Below, piece by piece: positions 26,612 through 38,700 of a stretch of 64,000 bases of DNA (its first letter is position 1; each line of letters starts with the position of its first letter). Source of the DNA: Paraspadella gotoi (Eukaryota > Animalia > Chaetognatha). Location: NCBI GenBank assembly GCA_051294375.1, contig CM119268.1, forward strand, positions 12,841,770 through 12,905,769, in the 5' to 3' direction. The position numbers and the translations under genes are program-made. Under the pieces are notes generated by a model that did no database searches, was not told where the DNA came from, and saw only the letters and a program-made list of their open reading frames with translations.

Positions 26612-29525
26612 ATGTCGTCGATCGGGTTCATTGCGCTTGGCCTACTACTCTTCGTCCGGTCTTCGTTAACGCAAACGTCCGTGGAACCGACTAGCGGTAG
26701 TGACGCTGTTTCCGTCGAAACGGAAACTACTTCTCAAAATAGCTCCTCCAATCCGGACTTCACCTCAAGTTTGAGGTGAGCGTATTAAGCGTCGCAAAGA
26801 CTTCATAACAAAAGCTGATACGATCTCATTTATTCTGCCCTGCTTTATTTTCTCAACAGACCCACTTCTCCCGATACTGTCGCCGACCTATCCAACACAA
26901 CATCCACAGATGCAGCAACCGTTCTCTCTGTGGCTCCGACCACAGAACCTGAACCAGTTGATGCCTCCGCTGAGACTGAAGCGGGCACATTGGGCGTAAC
27001 TAGTGAAAATCCTTCCTCTGCTTCTAATGTCCAGGAGGTCTCCGATTCTTCTCCCGGCGACACTTCCGTAGTTCCCACCGCCAACAATCCGGTCACTATC
27101 CACCCTACAGACCCGACCGTGGGCCTTTGTACCTGCGACTTGCATTCTTCAACCTGTGATGTTGACTGTTGTTGCGACGCCGATTGCCCTGCTGGCGTCA
27201 AAAGTGACGCCTTTGCAACGTGCCTTGACGTCGTCGCTTCTCACAATGCGAGGCAACAACTCGCTCTGCCTTTTTGTGTCACCGAGGGTGTCGTTTTTAG
27301 AACCAACGATCTTCCCTACAAAACAGAAATCACAAACGACGGGCTCTTTTGCATCAAAGACTGGAATTACGAAGTGAGTGTCCCCTTAGGACTTAGTAAT
27401 ACAGTAGTGACAGTAGTGAGCAGTCAGCACTCATACTAACATTTTATCATTTCCCCAGGAAGAAAAATATTATCCTCAGCGCGATCCATTCTCTACATCT
27501 TCGGATGTGAATGCCGCGATAGAGGCTCAAAGTAAGGGGCGGGACAGCTTTCGAAATCTCCTTTTTTCGACTTCCTCGATCTTCTGGGCGACGAGCAAAG
27601 ACGTTTTAGACCTAAGGTGTTATTCTTCAAGTATGTAAGGCTGCGTCGATGTACTAAGTGACCTTCCTTTTTCATATGAACTCAGCTTAGAAGATGCCAT
27701 CAAAGCTTCAAAGTACAAGACCGACCAACCCATATTGACTCTGGTCAACGCTACTCAGTGCGCCACATTCAACCTTCCTCGGTCGTCGCTGACGTCGAAA
27801 TGCTCGGACGCAGCTCCGTCGCTTTTTCTTCGCGACTACGAAGGTCGCTGTGTGCGAAAGGCCGTGTTGGCAAAAGAATGCAAAACTGGCGGGATCTTTC
27901 ACCCATCCATTTATTACGAAGACCGAAACTTTTTGCCGGGACGTGTCATCAAAAAGTGTGTGGGAGAATGGGGGGGACAAGACTGAACACCTAATGAAAT
28001 GTTAACCTCAACTGCTTATTTTTATAGGAAAAGTAAAAATTATGACGTGACCTCGTGCGCTAAACCTGCCGACTCCGCTGTCGATCCGCCACAAAAAGTT
28101 ATATCAGCGACGGCGAAAAACCCCTGCGACACGAGTTTCGACGCCGGACAAAGAAAATGCGTTGACTCTATCAAGGGCCTCGCTTACACTTTCGTCGTCA
28201 GCCCCACTGGATGGATAGACAAGGTGGGTCATTTTTTAATTTTTCCTCGAAGATGAATCAATGGAGGTTCATGGTTTTGGTCACCAAAAAGGTCGAAGTG
28301 GATTTCGAATGTGGGAACGTCACGGCTGGAAGCGACGGACTCATCGAGCTGGAAATGCGTCATGGAGTTAAATTTATAATCGGTGAAACCAAAGAATCTT
28401 TTCCACGAAGCGGCAATCCTGGCTACATTGCTGGAAAACCCGTTTTAGCCGGACTTTTCAATTCCAGCGGTTCCTCCGCCGATGGTAGTGTGGCAACGGG
28501 AAATATTTTGGTGAGAAAATTTATTTTGTACATTATGGCAACAGCCGGGTTGCCTGTGATGCCCATTGGGATGGGGCATCTCACTGTTGGCTTTGGGGGC
28601 TTCCGACCCTCAGTGACGCCTCCAGTCACTGGCGCGGTTACCCTAGGACGGTCTCGCTTTGCCAACGCAGAGGGAAGTCGTTAGGACTGTGGATGGAACA
28701 CTACGCCTGGGATGGTGTGTTCCCCCTCTGAGCCAATGGATTTGGCTGAACAATGGTGGATGTGAGGCAGTGTGAATATACCACCGCAACATGGTCATGA
28801 AATATCGCACCTCCCTTGCTTTTCATCTCAATTGTTCGTCACTTTGCCAACCCGCCGTACGGGCGTTTTACCCGTCTTTAATTAACATAGGATTAATTTT
28901 AAATTAGATATCCGCGGATCCCACGTCTTGGCTGACGGTACCGCGACCAGGTTATACCGGCACCTGCGACGCTCGACACCCGGTAGCCTTCAACAAAAAC
29001 TTTGCGCAATTGTGTCGAGTGACACCATCGGTTCCGACATGCGATGCCCTGCAAAAAGCTGCACGTGGCGCTGCATTAGGCGTTATCGCCGTCGATCGCG
29101 TCGGCGTCTTTGGCAATGCCGATCCCGGCGTCCTCGGCGACTGGATCCCAATTCGCGAGGAGACGGTGGCGTCATCGTTCTCCTCTTCCGGCGCGTGCGA
29201 GAAAGTCGTCCTAAGCGTCGCCGTCTCCGTACTCTACGCCGACGTGGGTTCCGTGTTCGACCCTCAACCCAAGATCCTCGGTGTCAGACGGCAACTTTTT
29301 ACTGGCTCCGCGGAACCAACGTCGTCGTTCTTCCTTAGCTCAAGCATCGCCTTTTACGACGTCACCCAAGATGCGGAGAACCTTTACAATCCGGCCCCGG
29401 TCGTTTCGGCCACGGTTCCGGCAGACTTTTTCTATCCGCTATTGCGCGGCGGGGGTGGCAAACCGGAATCCTTTCATTTTTGGTTGCTCGTGACGATCGC
29501 ATCTTTTGTGCTGCGAATCCTTTAA
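26612..29525 (+). CDS. TCTN: Tectonic family protein (DUF1619), ciliary transition zone
   Basis: Signal peptide MSSIGFIALGLLLF, a mucin-like S/T tract, CTCDLHSSTCDVDCCCDADC, PRSGNPGYIAGKPVLAG, VGVFGNADP...DWIPI and a C-terminal VPADFFYP followed by a hydrophobic tail. Confidence 0.93.
28536..28789 (-). mobile_element. Structured ~250-nt dispersed element, copy 2 (full length), antisense in tectonic intron 28511-~28907
   Basis: GC-rich island in an AT-rich intron. It is homologous to 17407-17639, consists of a series of hairpins and contains the twister motif. Confidence 0.85.
28586..28666 (-). ncRNA. Type-P5 (circularly permuted) twister ribozyme candidate; predicted cleavage U/A between 28640 and 28639
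   Basis: The minus strand reads GTTGGC AAA GCGA GA CCG TCCTAGGG TAA CCGC GC CAGTGAC TGGAGGC GTCACTG AGG GTCGGAAGC CCCC AAA GCCAAC. This gives P5 GTTGGC/GCCAAC, P2 GCG/CGC, L1 GA + UAA, pseudoknot T1 CCG/CGG, T2 GC/GC, a P3 hairpin and an L4 GU-NNN-AAGC loop. Imperfections are a very short P1 and one A-C mismatch each in P2 and P4. Confidence 0.8.
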
Positions 29526-29702
29526 TGCCGAAACTGTTTTAACATTTGTTTCCGTCCACAGTTTTTAACTTTATACTGTATGCAGGATCTCCGTCCAGAA
29601 TTTTACCTTTTACAATTTTGTTGTAATCTTAAGTACTATTTTCCAAGTTTTTATTCTTATCTGTATTGTGCAGGGGCGTTCAAGGACGCTTAAAACTAGA
29701 CA

Positions 29703-32389
29703 ATGTTGGTGGATTTTGGATACCTTTTACTGTTAGTTCTAATATTAGCTGGATTCATCGACGCGGGAGAACGCTCCGGCGAATATCACCCAGGCAAATT
29801 TTTAGAGCGACCTCGTTCGTGAGATCATTAAAAAACCTAATCCAGTATTTCCACTCATCTTCAATTTCGTATTCTCCTCGTCGCAGGACATGGAAAGCCG
29901 TTCGGCGACCCGGCGGCTAGTCCTCGTCTTCACGTCGTTGAGCGAAAAGGCTTCGTTCCCGTCATCGAATTTTTCAATGACTTTGTCCGAACTTCGACGC
30001 CGGTACTGATGAGGGGGGCGTACAAGGATGCGCCAGCCTTTACTCTTTGGGACGATGACTACTTCAGGCTAGTAATGAAAGTTTTGGTATTAACTTATGA
30101 AGGATTTTTGTATCTTCTTTTCTCAAACGAGTAGGACAGTCCACGAGCCCGAGGAATCAAAGGTCAACGTGGAAACGTCCAAAAAGGAAGACCGGACCCA
30201 GGAGATATTCACGATGCCTTTTAAAAAATTTGTGTCGATTTACATGAACGAATCGGTTTACATGGTTGATCCAGTTCCCAAGCATATTCAACGCGACGCC
30301 TCTGTACCGGGATCTCTTCAAGTAAATAAAGAGTGCTTGTCTGTGATGGTTTGACTCGGATTTATCTGACCATACGAACTCCCTAGTGTCCCTCAATCCT
30401 CCCGCATTTTGTCACAAACATCATGTGGATGTCTTCGGGAGGTACTAAGTCTGTCGTTCACAACGACGACATGGAGAATCTTAACTGTTTGGTTCGTGGA
30501 AAAAAGGAACTCGTCTTTGTGGATCCGAACAAGTAATTTTGAATCGCGGCTTTTGATTAATATTTTACTTGAAAAAACTTATTCTTTTATCTTGTCGGTT
30601 CTTCTCAGGTTCCCCGACACGGTGCCTTTGGATAAATCTCAAGGATCCTTTTCTAGTTTAGACGTCGACTCTGTCGACTACAAGAAATATCCCACAATGG
30701 CGAATGTCGGTTGGCGAATAAGAGATTTTACATAGTCACTACGTTCTTTTAATTTCTCGCGTTAAATTTAAGTTACTTTCTTATGGCCAGGCGAATTCTA
30801 TTTTGCCAACATGTCGAGCGGCGATTGTTTATTCATTCCTTACAAATGGGTACATCAAGTGAGATCGTTTGAGAGAAACATCGCTGTCAACATTTGGTGG
30901 TACAAAGAGGGTTCAAAGCCCATCGATCTTGATGCCTGCAAGGTTGTGCTTGACGTTTTTTTTGTTTTTTTTTTGAAAAATATAAATCTAGTTTCGAATA
31001 ATTTGAATTAAAAAATAGTTTTCTTCTCGCTAGGAATTCGTTCATTTTGATCCTCTATTCACTTTGGCCGACATTCCCTGGAAAGAAGACAAGGAAGAAG
31101 AGCGAGACTTGTCACAAGATATAGAGGCGGAATTGGAAGAAAGTGGCGAGCTGGAGAAGAAATTTTGGTGGACAGTTTTGTCCACGGATGCTTACAGCGA
31201 CACTCCTCTTTTTAGAGGTGAAAAGTAGAAATAGTATTATGGGACGATGGTCCATATAAACGTCGGCGTTGTCGGCGTTGCAAATTAAAGATCGCTTTTT
31301 TATATATTATTTGTAATTGAATGAAGCTGAAAATTTAAAAATATATTCTCACTGACGAGGTTATCAAATGTTGTTTGTTTACATTTTTTATAAACTACGA
31401 ATTTCTACTATTTATATGTCTTAACATCTTATCTTATCATTTTATCTCTGCCTCTTCAAAAATGAGTTGAGCACTTCAGCGGCTGAAATTTTAAATATTA
31501 AGTAAAGTTTGTTATGTATAAAACTTAGTTTTCCTATCTCAAATTTGATTTTTTGAGTATCAAGGTTTGTCATGGATCCAGATTTTTATCTCACCAGACG
31601 GGTGAGATAATCGTTTACTAATGCTTCTTTGTAACGTCATCGTTATCGCCATCATTATCACGCTTTTTAGATAAAAATTATTACGGTTTATATAAAAACT
31701 AGTATAAATTAAGATTTTTTTTATATAAAAACTATTACAAATTATAATTGATTTTTATAAAAATATGCAATCATAAAAAAATAAAAATTAATCATCGTAC
31801 TATTATCACTACAAATTCTCTTTTTATTTCGTTTTTTTTCTTCCCTTTATATTCTTTCATTTTTTATCTTGTTATCTCTCTTACATTTTTTCATTCAATT
31901 TTTTTAATTAAATTAAATTGATTAAATTCGTTCAATTTAATTAATTAAGTTCATATTATTAAATTTATTTATTCAATGCAAATTATTTTTTTATTAAATT
32001 TAAATTTAATTTCACATCAATCATTTGTTGTTTTTTTTCCAGAATTTTTCATAATTTTCTTTGATAGTAACGTCTGGCGAGATCACTATACTTTTAAGAT
32101 TTTTGCTATTTGATTGCGACGATCTTAATGCTTAAAAGATTTTTTACTTGCAGACGCTCCCGAGACGGCGAAACGCGCCAAGCAGATCTACGATAAACTC
32201 TTTGCGTTACTCGACGCCAACGACGACGGTAAACTCTCCCGCGAAGAATACGACGCTCTCGATGAGGAAAAGAGGAAACCAATCGAGAAACAGATGGAAA
32301 ATCTTGACGAGATTTTGGCAGAACGCGGGGCCGCCGAAAGAAAGGCTGCACAAAAGTCAGACCGCGGGTCGGACAAAAGTGAACTTTAG
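29703..32389 (+). CDS. Secretory-pathway JmjC (cupin-8) 2-oxoglutarate oxygenase with EF-hand and KDEL-like tail
   Basis: Signal peptide MLVDFGYLLLLVLILAGFIDA, then HGKPFG, MWMSSGGTKSVVHNDD (HxD), GDCLFIPYKWVHQVRS (distal His), EF-hand DANDDGKLSREEY and a C-terminal KSEL*. Confidence 0.85.
31587..32105 (+). mobile_element. Helentron/DINE-like family B copy in a JmjC-gene intron
   Basis: 5' hairpin tatctcacc-agacg-ggtgagata and 3' end tagtaacgtctggcgagatcactatacttttaagattttt, flanked by T runs. Confidence 0.7.
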
Positions 32390-32851
32390 TTATTCGGAAA
32401 TGACTTTAACCACATTTATTTATGGTCGTTTTGATTCGATTTCACCAAGTACGAACATCCCACCACAGCTTGTTTTACGAAGTCGAAAAATAAGCGTACT
32501 AGAAAAAAAATCATTTAGACCGGACCAATCTAATGAAAGTTATACAATATTTTTACTATTTGGCAATACTTTACTAAGTTACAATTTTACGGTGACGGTT
32601 GTAAATCAAAACTGTTGGAACTTGGAGCGTATTTGATCTCATTATTTATACACTTTAGCTTTCTAATCTGTTAATTTTTGATTTTTGTTGGCACTTTGTA
32701 GGCTTGAAAACTTTCATTCCAACCACTCAAAAAGATGCTCAAAATAAAGCTTTATAGTGGCCAGAATAATGCTTTGAATAAAAACGGGAAGAAAACTATG
32801 CTATGACAAGAATAGTTTATTCTGCCTTAAAAATAAAAACTATCTAGGAAA

Positions 32852-33172
32852 ATGTCATTTATTAATCGAAAAAACAAATACCGTTTCAAAGTTCAATTTA
32901 TCCTGCAAGAGTTAACGGCCGTGCCATATGTTAACAGGTAATCATTAAGCAAACGAAGTTAATGCCTTTTCAGTGCTAACCTAAATTTTGTTTCGTAGCA
33001 TCCTCTTTGCCAAAGTTCGTCTTTTGGATGGAGGCACTTTTAGTGACTTAGCTCCGCAAAGGTCGGTCGTCAACCACTCGGTCAAGTGGGACAAGGACTT
33101 CGAATTCGATTGCAAAATGACGGCGAACTCCAGCACATGCCTTCTTGACGATTGCAGGTTCGTCTGCGTTGG

Positions 33173-33224
<52 letters not shown>

Positions 33225-34741
33225 AAAACTGATTGTCTTAATCTCCATTCCAGATGTCGTGTTTCAATACGAAGCTTGTTGAAGGGCGGTCGCGAAAAAC
33301 AAAAACTGGGTTTCTGCGACGTCAATTTGGCCGAGTACGCTGCGGGCATTTCAGAACCGCAATCGTATTTGCTGCAGGTATGAAATAGTTGTAAAAAAAT
33401 GGTCGGTGTTGTTAAATCGGACTCTTTCCATTGTTCTGATTTATCATGGCAGGGATACAACTCTACCCAACGGTTGAGCAACATCCTGCTTCACGTACGC
33501 GTCTCTCTCGCGCTTCAATCCGAGAACCCCGTCTTTAAAGTTCCCCCTCGCGTTCCTCTGTCGGGAATCGTCCGAGGTACTGAGCCGACCACGTCCGCAA
33601 TTTCGGAGGATTCTTCGACGATTCTCGGGTCAGCCCTCGATACGGGCGATCACGTTGAAGATTGGCGAGGTCGCGATTCGAGCGACCGTCGTAGAAAAAC
33701 TCACGGATTTTTGGATCCGAATCTCGCGGCATTCCCCGGAGGCGAGGTGGTCATGGTGGTCGATTCCCCGGACGCAATGGCGTCAACGCTTGGTGCGGAA
33801 TCGGGCGCCTGCATCAGCGGAGATAGCAGCGAAAGCAACCGCAGCAGCAGCACCACCTTTGCCACAGCGTCTCCGACGCGTCCTTTGTCTTCGACAAATT
33901 CATTGTCGCCGCTCGACTTTGCGTCCTCCGTCGACGATGAGCCGACGGAGACGGCGTTGACGACGACGACGAAAGAGTCTCCAAAAAAACTTGACGTCGT
34001 TCCTGACGAAGACTGCGTCGACGGCGCACAAGACGCACCGAAGGTGGTTTCGTGCAGCGCAGGGAAGGCCTCGGGTCTAGAGAGACCCCTTTCCTGCTTA
34101 TCTACCTCAGATTCTCTTCTAGGACATTCGAGGTTCTAACGGCATTTTCGTTTTATTTTTTATTCTACAATTTTTTTTTGAATGAAGCTAATTTACTTAA
34201 TTCTGTATCACGCAGAAATCCCAGCAACGCCTCAGCCGGATCGGGCTATTCTAGTCTTCACACGGCGTCCCACTCCCGCCAGTCGTCGTACAATACAGAT
34301 TCACTTCAAACCGCCACTAACCCATCCTCTGCTTCCCTCGCCTCTTCTCTCGACCACCGCCGACAACACTCCCAAGGCGGGGCGTCGACGAGATCTGACC
34401 CCGTCGACGAAGGTTTTGGGAACGCCTCGGGGGATCGAGGATCCTCCGTCTCTTACAAACGACTGGTCGACGACCCCGGCGGGACAGCCATCAGCTCTGT
34501 CGACGGCTCGACGCCAGGCCCTGCGAAGCGCGACAAATCGCGCCTTAAGAAGCGCTTGACGCCAGATCCGCCTTCGCCTTTTCCTTCGCCGAATCTGCGG
34601 AGTCAAACGCGAAGCGGAGGCGGCTTGTCGACGTCGTCCTCTTTCCACGGCACCAATTTGCTGGCAGATTCCCGGGTTTCGTCCGACGCCGTCATCGACG
34701 ATTTGTTTTTCGATGCTTCCGACGGAAATTCTCCCGAATGA
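32852..34741 (+). CDS. FAM102A: FAM102/EEIG family protein (N-terminal C2 domain)
   Basis: [57 protein letters not shown]..KGG...KLGFCDVNLAEYA, YLLQGY..RLSNILL, HSRQSS and SRVSSDAVIDDL. Confidence 0.9.
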
Positions 34742-35798
34742 CTTCTCGCCGATTCTTTTTTTTTTTTTTTTTAGACGCTTTTCACATTATTGCTTCGTTC
34801 AAACTGCCTGTTGATCTGATTTATCAGTCGGACGTTTTGTTCGCTTGAACAATGAACATTGTATAAATGTCACTTTTTTATTTTTTAGTCAGGGTCCTTA
34901 CCGATTTTTTTCCAGTTATTAAGTCTACATGCTAGAACGTCGCCTAGTAATTTTTTTTTTTTTTTTTTTTTTTTTGGCCACTCGCTAGTCGTTTAATGGA
35001 GGAGCTAGACATACATTGTATAATGGGCTATTTTTAAACCGCATGAACATTCGTAAAACTTTTGAATTTCGATCTACAATTCTTTATTTAGTTTTCATAT
35101 TGTTCTTGTATTATGGCGAACTATGATAATGCATAAATCTCATTTTGGCAGAATAAATTTGTATCCACTATCCAGTATTTTAAAAGTTTTAAAGTTTTTA
35201 AAACTTCACTCTGTGATGCAACATTGTACTCTGAATTAATAATGCTCGGATTTCTTATATTCACCTTTCTACTTTTTCGATAATCTAACTATGTAAATCT
35301 TCTTCTCTTCACTTTTACATTTTTAAATTAATGTGTTAATAGCAAAAATAATCTGTTATTTTTTTACCGTTTTTGCCTTCACGTTCGTCAAATTTTTATA
35401 CCATTTTTACCTGACATTTTATATTTCAATATTTCAAAGATTAACATGCTAAACCGTTTTAGTGTCTGTATAATATTTTGGAATGTTAAACGAGAAAGTT
35501 ATGATACCCTTAGGTTGTCTTGGGTTATCCAGGTTTGCTTTTCTCGTCTTTTTAAGTTTAATTTAGCAGCGCACGTTTAGTATTTTTCCTTTTAGTACCT
35601 ATATGGTTTAGTAACGTAGCGTTAGATTTAAAATTATCCTGTTTTTTTTTTTTTTTTTTGACTGGCCCCCTGTTTTTTGTCTTAATTTATAGTTCTGCGT
35701 TGAGCTAACGAATTTGATCGAAGCTGCTACCAGTAGTACTAGTACAATTACAAACGCATAATTTTTTTTAGTATAAATGAGCTAAAATCGTCCTCGAA

Positions 35799-38700
35799 AT
35801 GGATTCAACAACTACTGCTCGGCGTTTGATCGATTTTATGGTCAACGACGCAACGTCTTCATCGCACGGCACATCGCCAAGGTTGTTCGACGTTGAGGGC
35901 AACGGAGACGTTGATATGAGACAGGATTCGCCGCCTTCTACCTCCTCTCTCGCGCGTTACCTTGTTTCGCGCTATTCCCGTATAGCCCCTAACAGTCCAC
36001 AGATGGGCACTGAGGCCACGAGTGATCCGAGACGCGGACCGCTGAGCGATTTTTTCAGTCAACTAATGACAAACTACCGTTACACCTCGACCGCGCCCCT
36101 CGATAGCGACGAACTCTTTGCTCCTCGCGCCGATCTCTCCGCCGCAGCAGGCGAAAGCACTTCCGCCTCTGGCGCCGCCCTCAACGACTCAGCTTCCCGG
36201 GCTCCCTTGAATCCTCGCTCAAACACTTCGTCCGACATCCCCGTCGATCTCAGCAGGATCATGAACGAGGATGAGCAAGCTTGGGCCGGACCGCGATTGG
36301 TTGAGGGCTCGATCATTAGCGAGTTGTTGGATAATTTCGCTTGCACCGTCTGTTTCGCAACGGCCGTCAACCCTCGTCTTTGCCCCAAATGTGCTAAGTT
36401 TTTTTGCCGCAACTGTCTTCAGCAAACCTACCGTTCTTCACCCGGGGGTCGGAGGTGTCCTCATTGTCGAGCTAATCTTACATTGGAAGAGGTGTGTTGT
36501 TCGACTTTTTAAAAGCGACTACGTAAAGCTTTGCGCTGCTAATCATTTGTTGTGCGTCGTTGTCTGCTTCGTTGTCGGCGGTCGTCCCTTTTTTTGCACA
36601 TTTCTTCTTCCATATGCAAAATTCGAAAAAAAATTTAATGTCTCCGGGATTTATATTGTGTATCTTGCTTTTGGGACCCAAGGTTCTGGTCTATAACAAA
36701 GGGAAAATTATTAGATGTGTGTAGTTTTTAGTCGGATCTGCTTATAAGCAGATTCCGACTCAATAATCCACTTTGTCGGTCCCTCGGTCCGCGCCTCCCC
36801 CCCCAATATTGTCGGTCATTCACCTAGATCATATCAGAACATCAAATTATGATAAATTATGTGAAAAAATGTTTGTCTGTCTGTCCATCAGTCCCACCCA
36901 TTAGCATTAAACTCCAATTACTCTAGATTGGATGGATGGATTGGAATGAAATTTTGTGTGTGGAAAAGTGTGTGATATAAAGTTTCGATGGAAAAAACAG
37001 AAGTCACATTCACTTGAATCTTTTTACTTATGTGAACTCATAATAATAATTGGATAAATGGATTGAGATAAAATTCTGCGTGTGTGGGAAAGTAAGTTAT
37101 TGATCTGGGTATACGTTAAGGCGGGCCAAAATTGATCACTTTTTATTATTAAGAGTTCTGTAATATAAAATTCATTTGTCTATCATATACTTAATCAATA
37201 TTTAATATAACTTTTTTAACTAGCGAAGCACAGTATAACATTAAAGCATTTAAATATTTATTAATGCATAGGCAATAAAAAAATTTTTATAAATTTTTTT
37301 TTTTTAAGAACGGATTCAGATAGCCCATAAGTATAATGAGTTTTTCAATATTTCGATGATAAGTGGGTCAAATAATGGAAAAACTCTTTAAAATCATCAT
37401 CACCATCGTCGTACCATAATTTTTATAGTTTTTTATTAATTTTAAGCAATAAAACAAAAGAAATTTGAAATCTTGTAGTAATATTTTTTATTTATTTTTT
37501 TAATCTCTACCCGAATCCGTTTTTAATTCTGATTTTGAAAAAAACTTTAAATGCTTCTATCTTATTAACTATATATAAAATCTTAATTTTTTTTTTAATT
37601 TCGTCTTCCCATGGGGATCCTCTAACGTTATTTATTTACAGAACTCTTAGTTTTTACTTTATTCCGCCCTAGTATACGTGGTGGGTCTGGGTATAAAGTT
37701 TAGATGGAATCGTGCGAGTGGAAATGGGTTTTAATGGAAAAAACAATAGTCACATTTACTTAAATGTTTTTATCTCTCTTAACAATCTCAGATCTACCCA
37801 TAACAACTCTCTTTTAAATACTCTCAACGGAAATTTTTTTTCGAATCCGACTATCAAACTTTATATAAACGGCCCTAGGAAAAATTCCGATAAAAAATAG
37901 ATGTAAAAACGCTCGATTCTGATAGCATTGCGTCTGAAAAGCTCGCATTTTTTTTCCTTGTCAAATAATCAACATTTTGATGGCAAACGAGCCAGAAAAA
38001 ATAAACTTCTTCTGGACGAAAACAATTTTTATCTATGATTTTATATATAAATGAAAGGAGTTTTTTCCCTTCAAAACAATATAAACGCGATTGAGGTATG
38101 TTCCAGTTCAAAAAATGACTTCAAATGCAGGAATCCTCTGGCTAATTGTCTGAAGGGCTCGCAATTTTTTTTTTTTTTTTAATTTTATTTAGTTATTTCA
38201 ATATGATATGATCAGGGTAAAGTAAATTAGTCCACTTTGGTGAAATTGAGATCGGAATTCTAAGAGTTTTCAACCAGAAGTCAGATTCCGCAAAAATCTT
38301 TTATGGCGAAAATCTTCCAAAGAAGGGGTAGATTTTCCAAAGATTTTTATTAATGCTTTATATATTCATGGTCGGATTTATTTGAAACGTAACAATAGCT
38401 CTAATTACCATCATTTTACATTGGCCGGTATAAGAATATATTAAAAAACTCCGGCTATTTTAGTCAGAGTTGAGTCCTACCATACAAGTTGAAAAAATGA
38501 TGCAAGTTGAAAAAAATTTTAATTAAAAATTAAGCAAAAATAAACAAAATTTTAAAAAATTATTTTATTGACAAAATAATTTTTAAAATTATGAAATATT
38601 GTCGGAATAACCGTTCAGTTTAATCCCTCGAAAGCGATTTACATGAATTTGCTCAACCACTGGTTGATTGACTGATTTATGAATTGATTTGTTATGTTAT

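Noticed and set aside
28211-28684. Apparent coding extension of a tectonic exon through the structured element (also 28423..28665 on -)
   Set aside because: A strong donor at 28511 ends the exon. The open frames reflect the GC-rich repeat, and I see no protein similarity in them.
32981-33484. Minus-strand poly-Lys ORFs and a plus-strand poly-Phe stretch
   Set aside because: They are translations of a ~49-nt intronic T homopolymer in the FAM102 gene.
37712-37900. ORF MRVEMGFNGKNNSHIYLNVFISL superficially like a MATH-domain strand inside TRIM37-like
   Set aside because: It lies in family A repeat sequence homologous to 8920-8970 and has no splice support.
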